DNA of 64,000 nt from Rebecca billardiae RCC1528. Lineage: Eukaryota; Protista; Haptophyta. The number at the start of each line of letters is the position of its first letter. Position 1 is the first letter of the stretch. The notes under the pieces are model-generated. The model was not told the origin of the DNA. It saw only the letters and a list, made by a program, of their open reading frames with translations, and searched no databases. The translations under genes and the position numbers were made by a program. The stretch lies in assembly GCA_965240325.2 (NCBI GenBank), contig OZ251229.1:1860001-1924000 (forward strand). The letters run 5' to 3'. This document shows positions 1 to 12,133 of the stretch, piece after piece.

Positions 1-1635
1 GGATTCCGGAGCTGGTGGCAGCGTTAACGCGACCATCCACGGCGGTGAGGGTGACGACAACATCATCGTCGGCTCTGCTGGCCTCGGCGACCTTGACGGG
101 ACTGGCGGTTCGGTGAGCACGAACGTCGACGGCGGTGACGGCAGTGACTGGATCACAGTTGGCAACGCCGGCAACGCCTTGGTCGACCAACTCTCTGACG
201 GGACCGGTGGAGACCTCACTGCATACCTGTACGGCGGGCTCGGCAACGACGTGTTGCGCGGTGGCAGCGGAGGCTATGCTGACGGTCGCAACTCAAACCG
301 TGCTGCCAACGCCGGCTCGGCGACCAACACGCTCTTGGGCGGTGCTGGCGACGACAGCATCTACGGGGGGCACGGCGGCGACGCCATCGATAACTCAGGC
401 GGGGCAAACGTGGCGACCGGCGGGGAGACATACAACCTCATCATCGGTGCGCGCCCCGCCTCCCTGCTCGCGGCGGCATGCCCTCGCACTACTGTGCTCG
501 CTGGCGCCTGCTGCCTGCCACGCTTAGCCAGCCAGGCTACACAGGCAGCAGGCGGTGATGCATGCACCAGTCGTGGTCGGCCCCGAATGACTGGCGCCCG
601 CACGTGACACGTGGCGTCGCCGTCACTCGCTCGCACGCAGGTGGCGACGGCAACGACGCCATGTACGGTGGCGACGGCGGCAGAGGCAAGAACGAAGGAG
701 TCGGCGGGGATGTCGTCAACAAGATTCACGGCGGCGAAGGTGACGACTACATCATCGGCGGTGATGACGTGGACGGTGACTCCTTGAACTACCTCTACGG
801 TGCGCGCGCGCATCCTCATCGCGGGCTGGCGGGCGGCGGCATGTGCGCACGACGCGTGCGCTGAGTAAAGCTCACACTCATTGCGAGCCACCGTCTCAAA
901 CGACCCCCCCGCCGCTTGCAGGTGGAAGCGGCGACGACGTCATTGCGGCAGGGAAGTCCAACAACATCATCAAGGCCGGTCTCGGGTCTGACAAGGTCTA
1001 CGCTCGCAACGGCTACTATGACATCATCTACTACGACGCCTTTGACCAGGTCAGACACGACGAGATTGACAAGCTCGTCAGGGTGGCAGATGAGCCCATC
1101 GGCTGCCAGAGCATCCAGTGCGTCCTCTGGGTGAGTGATGCGCGCGCGCCGAGGACAGTGGCGCGAGGCCTGCCAACCCCCGACCTCGCGCGCTGCCCTT
1201 GCGCTCACTTCCGCCGGTGCCATCGATGCGCGCTCCGTGGCGGCCGCGCAGCGCATCTCGGCCAAGCTCGTGTCGGTACGCGAAGTGCTGCGCTTCACCT
1301 GCTGGGCCCGTGGGAGCTGTGAGTCGCGCTTCACTGGCAAGACTCGCGGCACTGGCAAGGGCGTCGTGCACGGCAAGGGCAAGGGCGTGGTGCACGGCAA
1401 GGGCAAGGGCGTGGCATACGGCCCTATGGCAGCTGGGCACCGCAAGCTTCTCCTCACTGGCGAGGCAGGAGTGTCCGCCATCACTGCTCTGGGTGCTGGT
1501 GTCGTCGCCCTTGCTGCAGTGGTGGTGGCTGCTACCACCGTCGTCTCCAAGAAGCATCGCGCCCCGGAGCATGCGCAGCCAGGTCAGCCAGCCGCTGCCA
1601 AAGACGTCGCAAAGCAGCTCGATCCTCTTGTCTGA
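1..1635 (+). CDS. RTX/hemolysin-type Ca2+-binding repeat protein with C-terminal membrane anchor (5' partial; exons <1-446, 641-799, 922-1130, 1252-1635)
   Basis: Many GGxGxD nonapeptides (HGGEGDDNII, YGGLGNDVL, LGGAGDDSIY, GGDGNDAMY, GGSGDDVI). GT-AG introns 447-640, 800-921 and 1131-1251 keep the frame. Hydrophobic segment AITALGAGVVALAAVVVAATTVV precedes SKK. Confidence 0.85.
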
Positions 1636-1969
1636 TCGCGACTACTGCTACATGCACGACTTCAAAGTGCAAGCGCACACCACGTCTACGTTTATCGTTC
1701 ATCGGCGCGCAACACCGTCGAACGCCATGCCTTCATGGATGACCAGCATGCAACGCGCGTCGCGCGCAAGACGGACGGATCGAGCTTGAGCTGCGCACGC
1801 GCCGCACGTCTGCACACACGACACCAACTGTCACCAACTGACCAAGTCCAAGACGCTGTCCGATATGACCACGCCCACAGCATGCGCCGCCTCTGCAAGA
1901 AGAGCACAAGGCCGCGCCACGCACACGCGGCGCGGGAAAAATGACCAGCGCGACCCATGATCAGTATAG

Positions 1970-1971
<2 letters not shown>

Positions 1972-2039
<68 letters not shown>
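1972..2039. repeat. (TA)n microsatellite
   Basis: Directly visible. Confidence 0.98.
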
Positions 2040-2041
<2 letters not shown>

Positions 2042-2132
2042 GGGGGTTATTGGTACAATAACTGATTGTCTAAGAGGACGACAAGAAGTAGAACGCCGGG
2101 CGGCCCCCTCGCCGCCCTTTATTCAGCTCAGC

Positions 2133-2752
2133 TAGTAAAAGTTGTCAGACGGGCGTCCGATGCCGATGGCACGATCGCGGACGGGTCGGATCCGAGCTGA
2201 TCAGCCAGTTGGACATTTGGCATCAGCTAGTTGTCAGACGGACGTCCGATTTGACGGTTGCCGGGTGCGTGGCCAGAGTACGTCTGGTCGTCGTTGGCTG
2301 GCACGGGCCGCAGCGCTAAAGCACCCTGCTGTCACACCCGACTCCTTCAGAGTTCAGTACTCCGAGCTCCGCGGCACGACTCACTCGGCACGATCGCGGA
2401 CGGGTCGGATCCGAGCTGATCAGCCAGAGTTGGACAGCTTGGCAGCTAGTAAAAGTTGTCAGACGGACGTCCGATGCCGATGGCACGATCGCGGACGGGT
2501 CGGATCCGAGCTGATCAGCCAGTTGGACATTTGGCATCAGCTAGTTGTCAGACGGACGTCCGATTTGACGGTTGCCGGGTGCGTGGCCAGAGTACGTCTG
2601 GTCGTCGTTGGCTGGCACGGGCCGCAGCGCTAAAGCACCCTGCTGTCACACCTGACTCCTTCAGTACTCCGAGCTCCGCGGCACGACTCACTCGGCACGA
2701 TCGCGGACGGGTCGGATCCGAGCTGATCAGCCAGAGTTGGACAGCTTGGCAG
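2133..2752. repeat. ~314-bp tandem duplication with internal sub-repeats; first ~130 bp recur at 5251-5382
   Basis: TAGTAAAAGTTGTCAGACGG... at 2133, 2447 and 5251. GGCACGATCGCGGACGGGTCGGATCCGAGCTGATCAGCCAG occurs 5 times. Confidence 0.92.
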
Positions 2753-2964
2753 CACGCTGTTTTTTATATCAGCTCTTGCTCCGCTCGGCAGATTGCTCAG
2801 CTCCCCATAGAGCCCGGACTTAAAAAGTCCGGTATCCATGGAGAAAGAGATGTGCCCGCAGCGGAGGAAGAGCCGACCCAAGGCCTGCCAGTCGTGGGCT
2901 GGCCTGGGAGTTTGCTAACACGGCGGCACAGGCAATCGTCATCGTCGGATCTGTTCTGAGCAGC

Positions 2965-3590
2965 AGGTTGGCAAGCACAGCAGAAAAGGTTGGCAAGCAC
3001 AGCAGAGACTGCCCCAAACACACAGGTGAGCACCTCTCTCACACGAGCCACAGCGTCGCACGTGCTCGGCAGCGGTCGAGCGGCACACGAAGACAGAAGA
3101 GGCAGCACGAGCAATGGCAACACGAGCGTTCTGACCAACAGGTTCGCAAGCACAGCAGAAACTGCCCCAAACACACGGGCGAGCACCTCTCTCACACGGG
3201 CAACAGCCTCGCACGTGCATGGCAGGGGTCGAGTGGTGGCACGAAGACAGAAGAGGCAGAGACAGAAGAGGCAGCACCAGCAGTGGCAACACGAGCGGCG
3301 ACGGTGCGGTGGGACGTGGAGCGTCGCACGTGCTCGGCAGCGGTCGAGCGGCACACGAAGTCAGAAGAGGCAGCACGAGCAATGGCAACACGAGCGTTCT
3401 GACCAACAGGTTCGCAAGCACAGCAGAAACTGCCCCAAACACACGGGCGAGCACCTCTCTCACACGGGCAACAGCCTCGCACGTGCATGGCAGGGGTCGA
3501 GTGGTGGCACGAAGACAGAAGAGGCAGAGACAGAAGAGGCAGCACCAGCAGTGGCAACACGAGCGGCGACGGTGCGGTGGGACGTGGCAA
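2965..3590. repeat. ~268-bp tandem duplication with purine-rich sub-repeats
   Basis: ACACGAGCGTTCTGACCAACAGG... at ~3120 and ~3388; repeated ACAGAAGAGGCAG and GCAAGCACAGCAGA motifs. Confidence 0.9.
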
Positions 3591-3937
3591 CAATGCCAGC
3601 GCGGTGCATGGCACACAGGTCCGTCGCATGGGCACGCACAGCAAGCATCATCCGGGCCGAGCAGCACGCACGCATGCGTGGGCGCAGTGCCGCGCCTCGT
3701 TCACCAAATTATTGGTGGCACGGTGGATCCGACGACGCGGGGTTGGGTTTCGTCCTGATGCGCGCAGTAAATGTGGCAGGAATAACGATGAATGTGCGCG
3801 AAGCTCGTTGCGTTACGACGAAACTAGTCAGCTGGCGACGATGGCGGCGCCGCGATCGCCACGGAGGTGTACGCGAGTCTCGACACGCACGAGCAGCACG
3901 ATGTCGCGCCTAGCGCGGCAGGCAGCTGCTCACACGC

Positions 3938-5168
3938 TGACGCGACCTCTTCCGTGACTGCCGACACAGCAGCTGCCGAGCCAGCGGGCAGCTCGAGCCA
4001 CCCCGGCAGCGTGCCGCACGCCATCGCAGGCGTCTCATCCACGGGCATGATGTGCCTGGGCGACCGCCACAGCGAGCGCACCTTCGCACCGGAGGAGGTC
4101 GACTGCCTGCGCACCAAACTGTACGCGCCGTAGGCGGCCGAGGCACAGACGGGAGCGATCCTTGCGCTTGAGACCGGCATGCAGTACGACTGAGACGACA
4201 GGCCCGCAGGGTCAACCTGATCGGAATGCTGGCCAGCTGGGCGCTGATGACGTCTGATCACTGATGCGAGTGCGCGCGCGTCTGAATATGTGTACGCACA
4301 CCTCAATATGCTGATGGCAGCGCTGACGATATACTCTCGCATTAAGATTTCATACTCCACAGTAGCAGTGCCTGGCGTCAGACCCGTCAGTGGAGCGGTT
4401 GGCCCGCGCGCGAAACGGTTAAGGCGGAAACGCGGCCGGCGTACGGCGCGTACGCCGCACTGTGAGTGATTCAGACTGCGGCGTTATGTCGGGGCGCACA
4501 GACCGATCCTGAGCGTCGCTCGCCACAGCGCGCGAAACATTTCGATCGTCATCATTCATCATTGACGCGACCTCTTCCGTGACTGCCGACACAGCAGCTG
4601 CCGAGCCAGCGGGCAGCTCGAGCCACCCCGGCAGCGTGCCGCACGCCATCGCAGGCGTCTCATCCACGGGCATGATGTGCCTGGGCGACCGCCACAGCGA
4701 GCGCACCTTCGCACCGGAGGAGGTCGACTGCCTGCGCACCAAACTGTACGCGCCGTAGGCGGCCGAGGCACAGACGGGAGCGATCCTTGCGCTTGAGACC
4801 GGCATGCAGTACGACTGAGACGACAGGGTCTGAACCTGATCGGAATGCTGGCCAGCTGGGCGCTGATGACGTCTGATCACTGATGCGAGTGCGCGCGCGT
4901 CTGAATATGTGTACGCACACCTCAATATGCTGATGGCAGCGCTGACGATATACTCTCGCATTAAGATTTCATACTCCACAGTAGCAGTGCCTGGCGTCAG
5001 ACCCGTCAGTGGAGCGGTTGGCCCGCGCGCGAAACGCGGCCGGCGTACGGCGCGTACGCCGCACTGTGAGTGATTCAGACTGCGGCGTTATGTCGGGGCG
5101 CACAGACCGATCCTGAGCGTCGCTCGCCACAGCGCGCGAAACATTTCGATCGTCATCATTCATCATTG
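3938..5168. repeat. ~620-bp tandem duplication with small indels
   Basis: TGACGCGACCTCTTCCGTGACTG... starts at 3938 and 4563; both copies end ...TCATCATTCATCATTG. Confidence 0.93.
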
Positions 5169-5926
5169 TTCGTCGCCAGCCACCTTAATGCTGCTCGCTG
5201 CGCTCGCAGCTGATCTGATCTGAGCTCCCAGCTACCCTCCATCACACCTTTAGTAAAAGTTGTCAGACGGACGTCCGATGCCGATGGCACGATCGCGGAC
5301 GGGTCGGATCCGAGCTGATCAGCCAGTTGGACATTTGGCATCAGCTAGTTGTCAGACGGACGTCCGATTTGACGGTTGCCGGATGCGGTCTCAGGTCCGC
5401 TGCTGTGATTGTGTGAAGTGTGAATGAGTCTCGCGGGATCGCAGGCAGGGCGACGGTCGGACTAATAGTTAGACTGTATACTCTTCAGTCATCCGTCAGA
5501 ACCGACTTCAACTGGCGAACTGCCACGACGGCAGAGAGCCGCGATTGCAACGGCCACCGCGGCCCCCAACTGCGTTGATTCTATGCAGAAATAAAGGACC
5601 ACGGAACGCGGTCATTATTTAGTATTATTATTTAGTCAGCGGCCTACGCGAGCAGCGTCGTATTAACCGGTGGCGCGACGGAGTGGGACGTGGGTGACAC
5701 AGCTGCGCCGCGGGCCCCCAACTACGACTAACTCGAGTCGACGACTACGTTGGTTCTGACTCCGTTCTGACGGCCAATTAGGACCGCGGAACGCGGTCAT
5801 TTTTTTGTTGATACTGTGGCGCGGCCTGCTGTCAGTGACGATAGCTACCGTGTGATGCTAGCCCCGCGCGAGTCAGCATCATATCATTATCAGCAGCAAA
5901 GTTGGCGCAACTCCTGCTCACTGCGC

Positions 5927-7207
5927 TCATCGCGCGCGAGCGGTCTGGCGCACGCGGCCGCCCGTCGAGCGTGAGCGCGCTGATGCACTACTACGCGCTG
6001 GGCTCGTCGCCTTCACCTTGCTGCCGCTCTTGGGGGCCGCGCCGCCGCGGCTTCTCGCCGGCGGCGACGGCGCGCTCTTTGCGCTCGGGGCGGTGGCCTG
6101 CGCCGCCTTCGCCTTGCCCTTCGCCCTGGGCTTGCGCTGGGGCTTGGCGCGCGCCGCCTTGTCGTCGCCGGCCTCCGCCTTCTCCGCGGCGGCGGCGGAG
6201 GCACTCGCGCCGCGCTTGGGCCTCTTGCTCCGCGCGCTCCGGCGCTCCTCGCGCTCGGCCGTGACGAGCGCCTCCGCCTCCTGCCGGCTCACGCTGAACG
6301 CGAGCTCGGGGGCCGCGAGCGTGTAGTAGGTGTTGTTGTGCCGCACGTAGCCGTTCCGAGGGCCGATTCCGGCAACCAACTCGCCGTCGAGTTCGGAGTG
6401 GTTGCCGAGCGCGCGCGGCAGCGTGAGCAGCTTGCACGCGTGGTCGAGGTCCACGTCGAGCGCCTTCACCGGGCCCCGAACCGGGTAGCGCACCGGCGAG
6501 AGCTCGGCGGGCGGCGGCGGCGTCGGCAGCTGCCGCGCCTCGCGCAGCCGCGCCAGAAGCTCAGCCTTGCGGCCGGTGGTCGGCTGCTCGAGCTCGCGCA
6601 GCTGCTGCTTCAGATCGGCGACGACGAGGCTGGAGGCGAGGCGGCGGGGGGAGCGGCGCGGGGGGCGGCGCGCCGTGCGGAGTGGCGCGGCCGCGCGTGA
6701 GCGGCCACGCCGGCGCGCGGCGTGTGGGCGCGCGGGCGCGTTGGCGCGCTGGCCTGCCGGGCTGGCGCGCTGGCGGCCGCGCGTCGCAGAGAGAGGCGTG
6801 GGTCGATGGCCGGTCGGCGCTCGCGCCGCGCGCACCGCTCGAGCTCGGCGCTCTCCGCCTCCTCCGGCGCGGGCGGCGGCGGCGGCGGCGGCAGCGCCTG
6901 CACGTACGGCCCGTACGGCCCCAGCCGCACGCTCACCTGCCGCCCGCTCCCGTCCAGCCCGAGGTCGCGCGGGAAGTCGGCCGGGCTCAGCCGCTCCCCG
7001 ACTCCGCCGGCGAGCGCGGCGGGCTCCGGAATCGGCTGCGTGTATGTGCAGTCGGGGTGCGCCGAGCAGCCGATGAACGGGCCGTACCGAGAGTGCTTGG
7101 TCATCAGCCGCCCGTCGCCGCAGCTCGGGCACGCACGGTCGGCCGCGCCGCCGGCGCCGGCGGCGGGCGCGCGCGTGTCGGTCGGCGCGCCCGGCGCCTC
7201 GGCGGCG

Positions 7208-7255
<48 letters not shown>

Positions 7256-8081
7256 CCGGCGCCGGGCGCGCCACCAAAGGCAAGGTGGGCGAGCTCGGCG
7301 TCGAGGCGGCTCCACACCTCCGTGCTGGACACCTGCTTCGCCGCGTCCGCGTCGCGCGCCAGCTCCTCCCAGAAGTCGCGCAGCAGCTGCACGCGCGCGA
7401 GCCCGCCCGCGCTGACCGCATCCAACTGACTCTCGACCTGCGCGGTGAAATCATACTGCACATACGGGGAGAAGTACGCGCGGAGGAAGGCGTCGACGAA
7501 GCGGCCGTTGAGCGTGGGCACGAAGCGGCGGCGGACGAGCTCGGCGTACCCGCGCTCGCGCAGCACGCGCAGCGTCGGCGCGTACGTCGACGGCCGGCCG
7601 ATGCCCAGCTCCTCGAGCGTCTTCACGAGTGAAGCCTCGGAGTAGCGCGGCGGCGGCTTAGTCGAGTGGGCGGTGGCGCGCGCGTCGAGCAGGGCGAGTG
7701 CGTCGCCTTCGGAGAGGTGCGGGAGGGTCTCGTCCTCGGCGGAGGGGGGCGCGGTCGCCGCGTCGTCGGGATCCCCGCCCTCGCCCTCCGCGCCGCCACC
7801 CGCCTCCGCCTCCTTGTCGCCCTCGGCCTCTGCCGCGTCCGCGCCGCGCGCCGCCACCGCGGGCCGCCTGGGCGGCGGGTACGCAGCCAGGCAGCCGGAG
7901 TCGACAAGGACGCGGCCGGAGGCGCGCGCGCCGAGCGCGAGGAGCGGGCGCCCCGCGGCGATGTCCGCGCACACGCTGAGCACGGGCTCGGCCGGCGCAG
8001 CCGCGCCCTCCGCGCCCTCCTCCCCGCCCGCGCCCGCGCCGCCACTCGGCTCTGCCGACGTCTCCTCCGGCGAGCGGGCGG

Positions 8082-8115
<34 letters not shown>

Positions 8116-9693
8116 GGCCGCGCCGGCCGCGTCGGCCGCGCGCAGCGCGGCGTCGCACGCGTCGGCGTCGCCGACGCAGCCGGCCAGGTCGAGCGCCATC
8201 GTATCGTACTCCGCGTCCACCATCTGCGACGCCGCGGTGCGCCGCCAGATGAGCTCGTACAGCGCGGCCTGGTCGGCGGAGAGCGACCCCGCGACCTCGG
8301 CGCTCCAGGGCGTGCGCGCCATCGAGACAGGCCGGATGGCCTCGTGCGCCTCCTGCGAGGCCTTGGCCTTGGAGGCGTGCACGCGCGGCGCGGGCGGGAG
8401 CGCGCCCTCGCCGTACTCCCGCCGCACCGCCTCGCGCACCTCCTCGAGCGCGCCCTCCGAGATCACCAGCGCGTCGGTGCGCATGTACGTGATCAGACCC
8501 GCCTGCTCGCCGCCCGGCAAGCGCACACCCTCGTATAGCTCCTGCGCGAGCGACATGGCGCGCTGGACGGAGAAGCGGAGGCGGTTGGAGGCCTCCTGCT
8601 GGAGCGAGGCGGTGTTGAATGGCGGCTTCGGCGAGCGGCGCACGCGCCGCGCGCGCACGGCCGCCACGCTCCACCGCGCCTCGCGCGCCGCCGCCGCGAC
8701 CGCGTCCGCGTCCGCCTCCGCCCGGAGCGAGAGCTTGCCGACGCGCGCGCCGTTCACGTGCGCGACGCGCGCGCCAAAGGGCGCGTCGGCGTGGTCGGCG
8801 TGGGCGAAGGTGAGGCCGACGTCCCAGTACGCCACCGGCTCGAACCGCTCGACCTCGCCCTCGCGCTCCGCCACCAGCCGCAGCGCGACCGACTGCACGC
8901 GGCCGGCGCTGCGCGCGCTCGGCAATTTGTGCCACAGCACGGGCGAAACAGTAAACCCGACCAAGTAGTCGAGGGCCTGCCGCGCCTGCTGCGCCTCGAC
9001 GAGGTTGGAGTCGATCTGGCGCGGCGCGGCGAGCGCCGCGAGCACCGCGTCCGCCGAGACCGAGTTGAACGTCACGCGCTTCACCTCCTTGCCCTCCGCG
9101 CTGCCGGCGGCGGCGGCGGCGCCGCCCGCCTTGCCGCCCGCCTTGCCGCGGCCGGCGGCGCCGCCCTCGTCGCCCGCGGCGCTGTCGAGCGCGCCCGCGG
9201 CGCGGAGCTCCTCGAGCACGTGCCACGCGATCGCCTCGCCCTCCCGATCCGGGTCCATCGCGAGGTACACGGCGCGCGCGCGCCTCGCCGCCTCAACGAT
9301 CCGGCTGACCTGCTCCTGCTGCTTCTGCGGCACCTCAAACGTCATGCGGAAGTCGTCGGACGGGTCGACGCTGCCCTGGCGCGTCGGGAGCACGCGCACG
9401 TGGCCCTTCGTGGCGATCACGTCGAAGTCGTCCCCCAGGTACTGCGAGAGCGTCTTCGCCTTCGACGGCGACTCGACCACGAAGAGATTGACGGCGCGGC
9501 TGCCGCCCTTGGCGGCGCGCGCCTTCGCGCCGAGCATGCCCACAGCGCTGACGCCACGCCTCGCCACGAGCGTGCGGAGCGAGCACGCGCGATGCCCGAC
9601 GGCCAGTGCGCCCATGCCCGCCGCCCCGTGCACGCCTGCCCCTGCGAGGATGAGCAGCAACGTTCGCCACCTGCCGTCGGCCCCCCGCGACAT
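5927..9693 (-). CDS. topA: Bacterial-type DNA topoisomerase IA, probably organelle-targeted (exons 9693-6836, 6629-5927)
   Basis: TOPRIM (VVESPSKAKT, ATKGHV, DPDREGEAIAW), SAGRVQS, catalytic GLITYMRTD, QEAHEAIRP, GIGRPSTY, C4 Zn ribbon (CPSC...GCSAHPDC) and C-terminal repeats (RLGPYGPYVQ, GIGPRNGYVRH). GT-AG intron 6835-6630 restores the frame. Hydrophobic N-terminal leader. Confidence 0.95.
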
Positions 9694-9800
9694 TCCGTGC
9701 CAGCCACGCGCCGGCGGCGCCGCCACCACCGCCGGCCGTCTACGAATATAATATCGAACCTGGAGGCCCGAAAAGGGGCCCCGGCGTTAGATTGCCCTGA

Positions 9801-12133
9801 GGCTTGCAAACCAAGCCCCCCAAAACGGGATGGCGAGCACTGGGCGACGCGAGGGCCCGCCTGCGCAGCGCTCCCAAGGCCGCATGCGGGCGTGACAGCC
9901 GTGCGCGAGCACTTTGTGGGGGCTAGAAGACCCGTAGGCAGCAATCGTGCCGCCTCGTCGACGCCCTCGCCGCCCTCTCCGCGCGCAGAGACCTGCCGGA
10001 TGGCAAGCGCAGTTCTGGAGAAGGCCTGTCCGGCGAGCGTGATGGGCACGCGTGCGCCCCTGGGGCATTCAAAGGTCGGCTTTTTCGCTTCTGCGAGATG
10101 GGTATGGGTGTACTCAGCATCACTGCTTCGCCGGCCGCCATGCCGACATCGATCAGACCGCACACGCGCGCGCGACAGCTGGCAGGCCAACATCCGGTTG
10201 AAATGGCGGCGCGCGTGATCACAAGGCTGTCGGCGAGGAGACCGCAGTGCGAGCCAAAGGAGGGCGCGCAAGACATGCATCTCGGTCGTGAGGCGTGCAT
10301 GAGCCGCGAGCACGGGCACGACGTGCACGGCAAAGCCCGTCATGCGCCTCGACGCGCACGCGCCGCGGCGGACGACCGAGGAGGGCGCGCGCAGGCTGGC
10401 CTTCTTGGCGGCGGCTGTCCGGGAGTGCCCGCGCACGCGCAACGCGTATTTCAAGAGCTCCCGGAAGGCATCGACTCCTAAGGGACGGTGCCTTTCGCCG
10501 CGCGAGGGGTTTTTCCGCGGGGGGGGCACGTCCGTTTCGACGGGACGGCCGCCCCCGCGGCTTTGCGTAGCATCAAGGAGAGTCCGGAAAATGGAATCCG
10601 GGGACGCTCTTCAACTCGCGGGGGGCCCTGTTTGACGGCCGCGCCGAGCACCCGAGCGTCTCGACCCGCGCCTCGTGTGTCACCTCGCATTTGGCGGGGC
10701 GCGCGCGGAGCGCGCCGCGAGTGGGCGCGTCGGCCCGTACGCTCGGAGCCCCGGGGGACTTTCGCCCGAGCGCGCCGCGCCGCGCCCGTCGCGCCGCGCT
10801 GCGTCGTGCGCCGTGCACACGTTCGGCTCGGCTCGGGTGCCGAGCGCCGTCGACGAGCGGGAAGAGCTCCAGGGGCGGGTGCGCTGGCGCGGGCGGGGTG
10901 TGGAGGCACGATGTGGGAGTCTACCTCTCGTACCGGGCGCGCGCGCCCGCTCGGCGCCGTCGCTTCGCGCGGCCGTAGGCGTCCAAGCGTCGATGGTTTG
11001 GCCTCGAGAACCGCTAGAAGGGGGGCTGCCTGCCGCAAGCGACGCGGGTAACGATTGACGAGACCGAGCACGCATCTGACGAGACCGAATACGCACCAGG
11101 CGGCACGCGCAACGGCCCAGCACATTGAACATGGAGGCTCGATGGCCGCGCGCCGCGCGCTCATCAGGCGGGGCGCGCGCACGGAGTCCGCCGCGCGTGG
11201 GGGCCTCAGGCCCCCGGGAGAAGCAAGCGCGGCATCGCCGCGCCGTGCCCGCGCCACGGCATACGTCCAACGACCCAGGTGCGACCGCGCACGCTGCGCG
11301 CTATGCGGCACTCTGGGGCGGATGGTCATGGTGCGCGCGCCGCGCGCGGGGGCTGCATGTGGAGGCGGGCGGTGGTTGTCCGGCTCGCTCGCCGCGCGCG
11401 CGCGTCGCCCTGCGTTACGCTATGAACTCTTTGTGCGCGCACGGTGCGGATGCTGCACGAGTAAGCCACGGTGCTTAGTGTCACGGTCTTGGTCCGCACT
11501 CACTCCACTGTCTCGCCGCGCCAGCACGTTGCGGCTGCAGCAGCCGCAGCTCACGGGACCAATGATGCCAGGTGTCAAATCTGAATCGGCAGGGAAGCGG
11601 AAGGAGCGCGCCACCTAGCGTGCGGCTCGTGCTGGAGGGCGGCCCGGTCGGACGCACTACTCTGTACAGACGCCCGTTACGGCCGTGCTGGTGAGGGGGC
11701 CGTAGGTGGTCAGGTGCCGTGACCACTCAGTCACAGGTCTGGCCAGGCTTCAGCGCCGCACGATGACCCCGGCTGGTCGTCATCGGCCGTGCTGGTGAGG
11801 CGGGCCGTACGGGTGGTCAGGTGCAGTGACCACTCAGTCACTGCCAGTCACAGGTCTGGCCAGGCTTCACTCGCCTTCAGCGCCGCACGATGACCCCGGC
11901 TGGTCGTCACTCAGTCTCCTCAACAGATGCCCGGTCGGCTAAGTTGGTCTAAATGGTCACCGTCACCGTGTCGGTTTCAGACAGTGAGTTGTGAGAGTGG
12001 TAGCCAGTCAGTCTGCCACTTGCCACCGTAGTGCCAGCAAGGGTGCCAGTCACCGGTGAGGATATCGTTTGCGTAGCACGGCCGGGGCCGCGGATCTTTT
12101 TCCTCGAGTTATGGGGGGCTTGGTTTGCAAGCC
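9801..12133. mobile_element. Nested non-autonomous TIR element, PIF/Harbinger-like, 3-bp TSD TGA
   Basis: TIR GGCTTGCAAACCAAGCCCCCCA at 9801-9822 and its reverse complement at 12112-12133. TGA at 9798-9800 and 12134-12136. Removing the element restores the outer arm. Confidence 0.88.
11681..11909. repeat. Imperfect ~105-125-bp tandem duplication inside the nested element
   Basis: GGCCGTGCTGGTGAG...GTCACAGGTCTGGCCAGGCTTCA...GCGCCGCACGATGACCCCGGCTGGTCGTCA occurs twice. Confidence 0.85.

Noticed and set aside
4530-4562. Minus-strand ATGATGA-CGATC-GAAA resembling a hammerhead ribozyme core
   Set aside because: Lacks the conserved C of CUGANGA and a credible stem II/III.
1941-5341. ORFs in the repeat block, including IYIYIY...
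   Set aside because: Products of microsatellite and tandem repeats, broken by indels between copies.
1936-5805. AAAAATGACC / GGTCATTTTT as terminal inverted repeats of the repeat block
   Set aside because: Only 10 bp, no TSD, and the left copy lies outside the (TA)n boundary.
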